Below are positions 55,101-64,000 of a DNA stretch of 64,000 nucleotides, piece after piece. Origin of the DNA: Laetmonice hystrix (lineage: Eukaryota); assembly GCA_965235115.1 (NCBI GenBank), contig OZ249436.1, positions 48,362,001-48,426,000 on the forward strand. The letters run 5' to 3'. The notes beneath the pieces are model-generated. The model was not told where the DNA came from and made no database searches. It worked only from the letters and a program-made list of their open reading frames with translations. Each line of letters starts with the position of its first letter. Positions within the stretch are counted from its first letter, which is position 1. A program made the translations under genes and the position numbers.

Positions 55101-58100
55101 TTAAGATATGTGATAATTTGTCCCACCCGTAACGCATAGAGTCCATCTTCATTTCGCTAATTTACAAGATTTTGAAAGTAGTCTCAAAAGTGAAAAATAA
55201 ATTATTCAAAACATATTTTAATTATATCATCATTTTAGATGTTATAAAGGTTGTAATGAATGAATTAAAATTTGTACAAAAAACGGAACTTGCTAAATTT
55301 GGAAATTTTGTCCCACCCGTAACACAAATTTTACAATTACAGAAAAAGTAATTCACCATTTTATTCCTATTTGCATAGGAAAATGCATATGTACTAAAGA
55401 AGCAAATTAGGACCTTTAAAATAAATGAGCCTTATTATTTATCATAAAGAAATTTATATTAAAACCGTTACGGGTGGGACACTAAATACACGTGTTCTTG
55501 TTTTCAGAGGTATGGTAATAATAAAGATGTTTAATAATAAGGTCAACCAAAATAAAAATAAGGTAGAGCAACATGTAAATTTTCATATTAAATAAGTAAT
55601 TTTGGTGGCAGTGAAAAAAATAATTGCCTAAAATGGCGCGCTTGGCGGTATGATTATATTGCAATTCTCCCGTTACTGGAACTTGGAAGTTTGATTTTGA
55701 ATTACAGTCACAGCAGTGAACAAAGGAGTTTGTGTCAACTAGACGTCACTGGTGCCATATGTCACTAACATGTTTAACATTTGATGGATATTACCATATT
55801 GAAAAAGTCTCATTGTGAAGAAAATTTATGATGTAGCCTAATGTGGGAATATTGGGGATTTTTTGGTTGAGTTTTGCACCAGTTGGCCGGCCAGGGACTC
55901 CTTTGGTCCTGCGTGTGCTGGCCTGTTTATGATAAGCTAATGTGAATTGATGATGTTGCAGATGGTGGGCCATCGACAGGTGGATCAGAACAGAAGAAGT
56001 TTGTACCCGATGCCATATCCAAGTGTGTACCAGTGATACGATTGCCCTTCCAGAGAACAGCTGAAAGCCTAAAATAGCATCTGTCTAGTGTATGAGCTAA
56101 ACATTCCTGTATGTAACTTAGATATGTTCTCTGGTAACTGTGGCCAGGGGACATTTTGTTTATACTGGGCTTTCCAGTTCGTTCTGATGGGACTCCAGGC
56201 TACCAAGAAAACTGAAAAGGTTCTTTTGAAGAATCTGTTTTGATCATTTTAAATTTCATCCCCATGTCAGGTGAAAAAAAACACAACAAAACATCAAAAC
56301 AAAACTTTTCTTTCGCCAGTATAAATACAAAAAATGAAATTGGTATTATTTCTGACAAGAAGAGTATATTGGGAAAGCTGAAGGTTATAGGCATGAAAAA
56401 CATGGTTCTCAGAATGGTCACTTTCTGAGTGTGTTATACTGGTATGCTGCCATATCCAAATGTTGCTTCTCAAACTCAAAGGAAAATTGTGTGGTCAGAA
56501 CATGTTGCCTTGTCTACGATGTGAAATTACTGGAGTCTGTGCATGTGTGTTAATGATTGCAAAAAGTGATAGGAATTGGATTTTATTTTCTGCTTACCAG
56601 CATGTTGTCCCAACTAAAGAAGGCCAACCCTGGTCCGGTGCCAAGACCCATTGTCTCGGATGTGTTTGAGAAGCCAGAGCCTGAACCAGAGCGCAAGGAA
56701 AAACCAGGTGGGTAAAACAGGGAAGTCTAATGATATTCTCATTGGAGGCAGTCGTCAGTAAGGGACCTTATAGATTACAGTAAGATGGCGTGGAGTATGC
56801 AGGGCCTGTGCTCTTGGCTTTTCCACCCTTGCCTTGGCACCCCTGAGATATTCTTTTAAAATACAGGCCTCGAATTAGAAGTTAAAAGGGGCACGGCAAA
56901 AATTGCCGTCGAGGGCCTTGTTTAAAGGAGGGCACCACGGCATTTTCAACAAGTTTAGAAGGGCACCACGGCAAATTTACTTCTCCAAAACCAAACCCCG
57001 CATGTCTGGCTTAACAGTAAAACAAGGAACCTTCACACTTTAGGTTAGTGGTGTTGGTGATCACTAGGGGATCGATGTCAGGGATGATTTGGCGATGGCT
57101 GGTTACAGCTGAAGGGCACATGGTAGCAAGGGAAAAGGGCACCACGGCACTGGACTGCCGTCGATGGGGCAAAAAATAGGAGGGCACCACGGCAAATGGA
57201 AGGGGCACCACGGCAATTGCCGTCGATGCCGTCGTGTAATTCGAGGCCTGAAAATATTTATATAAATGCAGTTTCTTTCCTTTATTTTCCATCACGTCAT
57301 ACCCTACCCACCTTTTCTCCCTACTTTGAGCAGGGGTCCTCTGCCCGCTCCATCTGTTGGTGAAATGTGTACAGAAACTTCATGGTAGCTGACCGTTAGG
57401 TTGAAGAATCATTTGTAGTAGGCGTGGAGCATATGATAGGATTATATCATATCGCTATTACATCTCCTGGAGTTCATGGTTCGCATGGATTTAACATAAT
57501 AGGAAGGGCTTTTCTCTGCTGTGTGTATATCTGATATACTGAGTGTGCAATGATATGTGCAGTTGCCCCACCTGAGGATGCTGAGACGAGAGAGGTGATT
57601 GAGAGACTGGCAGAATATGTGGCAGAGGGAGGGTCGCAGGTGGAGAATGTTGCCATCCAAAACAATCGGGAGAACCCTGCATTCTGGTGAGTCAAAGCTT
57701 TACTTTCAGGCACATAACATATCTCTACACACTGTATTGGATATATTGAAGGTACTTCATAGTATTTTGTAGTAACAGTTTCCAAGATAGATGGCACAGT
57801 AAAAACACTGAAACAAAAGCCATCAGTGGGACTACTGGAACAAAACTTTCTTGGTTCCTGAAGTACTTTCTTGCTCTTGTAGGTTTCTTTATCAGGAAAC
57901 AAGTCGCGCCTACAAATTTTATCGGCAAACAGTAAAAGAGCTGACAGACCGCCGGAAGGAAGACCGTGATGGTCATGAGGCTGACACAGAAGATGCAGAT
58001 GGTGGGTATAAAATCTTGCTATCTTGCATGACCCTTATGCATAATGAGTCGATGGAATATTGTTCAAGAAAGCAACAAAAAGTCTTTAAGGGGCTCAACT

Positions 58101-60905
58101 GTATTTGTTTAATACAAGGAAAATCTCAGATTTGGTGTATTGTGAATGAATAAATGAATGGTTGCAATTTAACTGTTATTTTGGATGCATAGAAAATGCT
58201 TCAAGAGAGCAAGAATGTGAGAGGGAGCGAGATCGTGAGAAGAAACGGGAGCGTAAAAGACGAAGCAGATGGGGTCCAAATGAAAACATGGATGGAGGAG
58301 CTGGTAATTCCCAGGCTGGAGGGTCTTTCATTGGCCCCCCGGGGGTGGTCAGTGTACCCCAGCTGGGAATCGGCACCCCAGGACTGGGAGCTCACCCAGG
58401 ACTTGGGGCTCACCCTGGCTTAGGGGCTTCCGGAAATGTGGGGAGTGGTAGCAGCACTCCTAGTTCATCATCCAGTCCAACTCCAGTCACAGTGATCGGC
58501 CCAGGTAGGTCGTGCCTGGCAGGTTTCTCATCAAGTATTTGGGCAATCATTAATCTCTATAAAGTCAGGGATTAAGGATTGTCATATTATCTGGCAGTTG
58601 ACAAGTTGTTCTGTTCTGTTGGCTCTCGGCACCTTCTTTTCCAAACCTGTAATGAAAAATATATATTGAACATGTTTGTATTCTGCTTGTTACATAGGTG
58701 GTGTTAAGGTAAACATCACCCCACTGGCTGCCATGAATGCGGCCTTCGCCAAGCGGGTCACAGGAAGTGAAGAACTGTCTGACGAACAGAAGAAACAGAT
58801 ACAATACCAGCAACAGGTGAGAGTGGCATTACAATGACACGCAATCTCTAATAGTTGTCGCAATCTCTAATAGTTGTCCAAACTTGTGCCCTTCTGCTCC
58901 CCTATAGGGCCCAGCATACATCCTAATGTTGCCCCTGACATACATCCCCACATTGACCCTACCCTACATCCCTACACCGACCCCCTTCTGATCCCTGACA
59001 ATGTGTGTTTGTGACACAGATGAATGCTGTTTATGACATGCTGACAGCAAAAAGAAAAGCCCTTGCTGCCCAGCAGCGTGCAGCCTCCCGAGTTAAACCT
59101 AAGTATGAGTACGACTCTGACGAGGAACATGACGGAGGAACATGGGAACACAAACAGCGTGTCATGGAGATGGAAGCTACCAAAGGTAACGTTTTTATTT
59201 CAACTATTTTTTTTTAGGGGGGGGGGGGGAGATCATTTCAGGTAAAGTGAAGGGATCTAATATGAATTCAAAGACTAACACTGTATCGATAAATCATTCG
59301 GCACTACTGCTGATCATATTTTGAAGATAAATGTGAATGATTTCAGAGTGGGCCGACAAGTTGACAGAGCTGGGACGTGGAAAGCACCACATAGGAGATT
59401 TCCTTCCTCCGGAGGAGTTAGAAAAATTCATGGAGACTTACAATGTAAAGAGTTCCTTTTTCATTAAAATCAGTTGATCACCCCCATGATTTAGTTAAAG
59501 CGGAGGTAAAGATTGAACAAGTTCCAAAAGACATTTTAAAAGTATACCTGTGTGATATTTAAGAGTCCATATCTAGTCAATGACATCACTAGTTATCTCA
59601 TTTTGGGTCAATTTCATACTGAAAACTGCAGACTTTTCCCCTAATGTTGACGTCCCTATGCTGGGAACAGTGAGTGAGTACCGGTAGTTGGTGTTTCATG
59701 CTGGAAGATCATCCGAGCACGAGATCCAAAGCATAGCTCGATCTGATGTCGATCTGATTTTCGTGTATATGCTCGCTAATACTACAAATTCAATCCTCTA
59801 AACATAGGATCTTATCTATAGTATGTTTGCTAGCAGTCAGGTGGTCATTTCATAGGTAGAAGCATTATTATTTTGTTTCATATCTTATACCTCTGCTTTA
59901 AAAGAAAAAAAGTTTTAGTCTGGAAAAATGGTAAGTTACTGTTATGAGGTAAAAGCCAACTATATTGCCATGGTTTTCTTTTATTTTCATAGTCTTCATT
60001 ATCAACTCTCTATTTCTATTGTAACCTGCATTAAAAAATGTTCAAGTAATAAAGTGGCTACTGTCACTGTTTTTGTTGTGATAGGCATTGAAGGAGGGTC
60101 GGGAACCTGACATGTCTGACTACAAGGATTTCAAGTTGACGTGTGAGAATGTGGGCTACCAGATGCTGCAGAAGATGGGTTGGAGTGAGGGAGAAGGTCT
60201 GGGCACAGAGAGTCAGGGCATCAAAGTACCTGTCAATAAGTAAGGCTCTCTAATCCTCTTATCCTAGATTAAACTTTGTCGGCAGTTGGGGTCGGGGCCT
60301 TATTTTGCATTGCATTAACAGAATTTTGGTGCATTTTCCAAAATCATTAAATTGAAAGAATTGGATAAATCGGTGTGTGTCTAATGTTTACTGCATTTTT
60401 CACCAGAGGGCAGCAGCCAGTCAACGGAGGTGGTCTAGGAATGGAACGGCCAGCTGATCTCAACAAAGAAGATGATGAGTTTGACGCTTACAGAAAACGA
60501 ATGATGCTTGCCTATCGGTTCCGACCAAATCCATTGGTAAGTATTGACCGACGAGTAGTAGTAGCTGATAATAAATTCAAATATTTCTTCTTTAACATTT
60601 ATATATAGAGTCATACAGATATATTTACATTATACAGATCCAATAGAATGGGCTACTATTTATTGTATTATTTATGTCATGTTTGATGGTAGTCAGAATA
60701 TTTGAATTCACCATTATTGAGGCAGTTTAAAACATCAAATTGTACTAATTATTTCAATGAAGCAGCCACCACCAATTGTATTTTAAACCTCCAATTTAAT
60801 TTTTTTAAAGTGCAACCTCAAAGAGTTTTATTTTTACATCGCCACTTATCCTAAACTCGTTGTGGGTCATTGTTACAGAACAATCCCAGAAGGCCGTACT
60901 ACTAG
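46119..60905 (+). CDS. SUGP1: SURP and G-patch domain-containing protein 1 (splicing factor 4), 14 exons
   Basis: Exons 46119-46324, 50338-50567, 50804-53407, 55962-56022, 56601-56707, 57563-57686, 57883-58001, 58193-58504, 58698-58816, 59020-59185, 59347-59444, 60085-60239, 60407-60536 and 60879-60905 join in frame. Motifs: [16 protein letters not shown] ([13 protein letters not shown]...NPAFWFL...AYKFY), [39 protein letters not shown]-patch ([20 protein letters not shown]), [24 protein letters not shown]. Confidence 0.95.
47153..47531. mobile_element. hAT-like MITE, 6-bp TSD (copy 1)
   Basis: TIR CAGGCCTCGAATTA / TAATTCGAGGCCTG; TGTTCC on both sides; internal GGGCACCACGGCA repeats. Confidence 0.9.
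47917..48680. mobile_element. Second copy of the GGGG...CCCC, AT-TSD element, interrupted by a different insert
   Basis: Arms match 18746-18960 and about 19420-19536; flanks AT/AT. Confidence 0.75.
50992..51186 (+). repeat. 12-bp coding repeat (PQQG) about 16 times
   Basis: CC(T/A)CAGCA(G/A)GGC units in SUGP1 exon 3. Confidence 0.9.
54036..55671. mobile_element. 1.64-kb AT-rich non-autonomous DNA transposon, 4-bp TSD (Sola2-like termini)
   Basis: Perfect 25-bp TIR GGGAGAATTGCAATATAATCATACC; GTTA on both sides; 8 internal TGTCCCACCCGTAAC-type motifs. Confidence 0.88.
56864..57250. mobile_element. hAT-like MITE, 6-bp TSD (copy 2)
   Basis: Near-identical to 47153-47531; TSD AAAATA on both sides. 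Confidence 0.9.
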
Positions 60906-62326
60906 CTGACCTGGATGAAGTCCTTGTGCAGCCGTCACAACAGATCATCAGCATCATGCGACCGTCATCCACTGAGGGAAAACACTATATTTTTATCAGC
61001 AGGATCAAATGGGAATTCAGATGTACAACTTCTTCATATCATAGAGTGTTTAAAGTCATTCTGATTATAAATGACAGATTTCAAGAAGCATTGGCCTTTA
61101 GTAGTGTTGCCACCATGCATGGTACAAAAATAACATATTACATTTCTTCTTCAGAGACTTGTGCAAGGATAGGAGTTAAGCAATTGTGATTTTTTTCAGT
61201 ATGGTAAATGTTATTGTCTTGATGTTATTTGCAGTATTGTGCACTTCAAACCGGCTTTATGGCAATTAGAGATGATTAGGGCACATTTTCCTGATCATTA
61301 AATGTAAGCGTTGCACTGTGACCTGAAGGCAGTAACTAGTCCAGTGCCCAAGGAAGATGGTTTGATGGTTGTGCTCAGGAAAACAATTGTTAGAGATCTA
61401 TTTTCATCTCAGTCACGAGCATTGACACAAAACCCTGTGTGCCCGCAAGTTGACTGCTTGCTTCAGAGTGTGCATGGTGATGCAGGGAGGTATTTTTGTG
61501 ATTGAGTTGGATGCAAAAATAGTTTTATGAAAAAAAAAATGTATGTGTACATGTCTTTGTAATTGTAAACATATACACATACATAGTCAATATATAGTCT
61601 TATAGTAGTAGGCTTCAAATTTGAAAGGTAACTTCATTATTCATGATTAAAATTACATGTTTTCATGCAATCTGGTATCCTGTTCTAGAATCCTGGATTC
61701 CAAACAGCTTGGAACCCCTAACATCAGCCTCCTTTTGAAGTGAAGTTATTGTCCATATGGTACTTCAGTAGTGTTAGAGGTCTAATCAGGGCAGATCATT
61801 CTAAAGGAATTTGGAACTCTTAGTGTTGATAAAAGGGGAAACAGGACTCGGCTTTAGATTTCCAACCACCATTGTGGCTGGACACACCAGCATGCGGAGG
61901 ATGTTTGGTAAAGTCATGTGTCCAAGAAGTAGAAGAACCTGTTGAAAAAGTCCACAACAGTCCGTGTGTGGCAGGTTGCACACATGGCATGCGGTACGGG
62001 GCCGTCTGTAGATACTGTACATAGCTGTTCATAAACAAACAACACCAGCATGCTGCACATGGGGAGTTCACAGTCTGGGGGGAGAGGGTGGCCTATTGAC
62101 GTTCTTCTCGGGGATCGGCAGTCTGTCTGTTACAATACATTACATAGTAAAATCATTTTAGATCCAGGTGGAGCCATAACAAGACTGCACACTATCGGGC
62201 CGAGCTGGACGTGTGTGTAAACCTTCATTCTGAATGATTATGTTAAAAGAAACCTGCGATAACAAAGGTATCTGAAGGCTCAGAAGTGGCAGGTGGGTTG
62301 GGCCGGTGCTCGACTGCTGAATACGG

Positions 62327-62417
62327 GAAGGGGGGTGGGGTGGTCGGGGGTTATTATGAAGGGGGGTGGGGTGGTCGGGGGTTATTATGAAGGGGGGTGG
62401 GGTGGTCGGCGGTTATT
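62327..62417 (+). repeat. G-rich ~30-bp tandem repeat, 3 copies
   Basis: GAAGGGGGGTGGGGTGGTCGGGGGTTATTAT units. Confidence 0.85.
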
Positions 62418-63396
62418 TTTCTGGTGGTTCATAATTCAGTGTCGATTGGTTCCTAAACAATACACGAGTTTATAGTTAGGTCGCCACTGCTGTTTCAATG
62501 GACAGTAGATGTTTAATCAAAGACACTCCTGAACAATAAACTTGTGTATCCAAAAGTGAGTGATATCAACTGGGCATGGATCAACGAAGGTCGCTATGAT
62601 TTGAGAGGTGGGAGTGTGGTGAGCAGTCGATTGGACACTGAAACCTGCGGTAAGAAAGAGGTGTTGAGGTTTGAATTAACTAAAGACTTTTTATCACTGA
62701 GAAATCATGAAAGAATGGGAGGAAAGCCATTTCAGACTGAGTGTTTAGTGGTGGGTGTGAGGTTCACTTTGTGTGTTTTTGATTGTACATTACCTTAGAC
62801 AAAACAACTACAGCTGTTTCAGGTTTAATCCCTGGTACCATGATCACTCTGGTTAATGGTAGACTTGCCGTACTGGTCAACAGCTGTTAATTCAGTCAGC
62901 TTTCAATGTCTGTCACGCTTGCACAGTTAGAGGGTTTTGTCGTCTTTTTTGTTCTTGGGTGGAGGGAGGGGGAGTCGATGAATTTTGCAACATCTGTAGA
63001 AGTGAAGACGAGGCAAGTTGGTATGAATGAAATTAATAATATTGTCATTAATGCAAAACTACTTGGTGGCCAATAATCAGCTGGCGAGTGGAAGCCAATA
63101 GGTGTGTGTACAGTAAATGAGAAACTAGAATTTCATGGGTGCAGGAAAAATGTATGTATGGCGTCGGTTTATATTACCATGTAGTGGCAAGCCGGTATGT
63201 GCATGCCTATAGGATCGTGTGGTTTTTTCATCTGTACCAGTACATGTAGGCACCGTTTTACAATGAATGGGTTGCAAATCACGGAAAGGCACCTCAAGTT
63301 GTAATACACATAAGGCATCCTTGTACAATGTAATTATTCATCATAATCTACTGGTACAGATGTTGCCAGGGACACTTGGCTTTCTATGGGGATCAG

Positions 63397-63538
63397 GGCC
63401 CGGTCTCAGAAATGTTAGCATCTTAACTTAAGCTTTGTTTAGGACCTCTGATTGGCTGGTCCTCTGCTGCTCGGCTTCAACCAGCCAATGAGAGGCCCTA
63501 AGCAGAGCTTAAGATCTTAATCTTTCTGAAACTGGGCC
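63397..63538. mobile_element. Harbinger-type MITE (CAG/CTG flanks)
   Basis: TIR GGCCCGGTCTCAGAAA / TTTCTGAAACTGGGCC; internal CTCTGATTGGCTGGT / ACCAGCCAATGAGAG inverted repeat. Confidence 0.7.
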
Positions 63539-64000
63539 CTGCATAAGATATTGTGTCTGAAGTTGATTCATAACAAGGTATCGGCAGTGGGGGGAGAGAG
63601 AAAAGCAAAATATTCCAGAATATACCTGGAGATGATTGTGTCACAGAGATGAGGGGACATAGGTAGCTGGACGTCAGACTGACTTGTTGGGATGCTGTGT
63701 ATCTTGTATAGATAGATAGTGGGACAAGTAGCACATCTCCTGGACAGGCTGTCCGCGCTATCTGAACCCATGACCCCATGATGGATCCACTAGGTGCCCA
63801 TAACCACGTGCCTACGTTAAACCTTAGTATCTCTCTGTGTCTTAATACGGCAGAGCAACCCGAGGGCTGGGCAATAAATGGGAACTTCTGTGATAGCAGG
63901 ACTGGAACATATTCATTGGGAATAAAACTCACCTGGTTCTATTCACCCCCTGTGTCCTTCTTGAGTTTGTGTTCTGTTAGCGATGATAACAGGGTTCCCA

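Noticed and set aside
54214..55481. CRISPR-like repeat-spacer array
   Set aside because: The repeats are 15 bp and the spacers mostly 140-330 bp. One copy is inverted, there are no cas genes, and the array lies inside a TIR/TSD element in a eukaryotic intron.

Overview
Eukaryotic, intron-rich animal genomic DNA, probably from a marine invertebrate (inferred from gene content, G/C homopolymer runs and MITE load). I reconstructed seven spliced genes by hand: the 3' end of an MTMR10-like pseudophosphatase (+), METTL25B/RRNAD1 (-), a TEX47/DYBLUP-like BLUF-domain protein (+), MMD/PAQR (-), SERF (+), SMN (-) and SUGP1 (+). There is also an intronless, probably transposon-derived C4 zinc-finger ORF and many non-autonomous DNA transposons with readable TIRs and TSDs of 2 to 8 bp. 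The main points of interest are: (1) a BLUF-fold gene that keeps the photocycle Gln but appears to lack the Tyr, with an RFX X-box next to its ATG and a U12-type intron; (2) SERF adjacent to SMN, as at the human SMA locus, with SMN head-to-head with SUGP1; (3) a 2.6-kb frame-symmetric P/Q/G/H exon in SUGP1; (4) a 1.6-kb element carrying a roughly periodic 15-bp motif. No prokaryotic features, CRISPR arrays, tRNA or rRNA were recognised. Gene and family names come from recalled motifs, not database searches.
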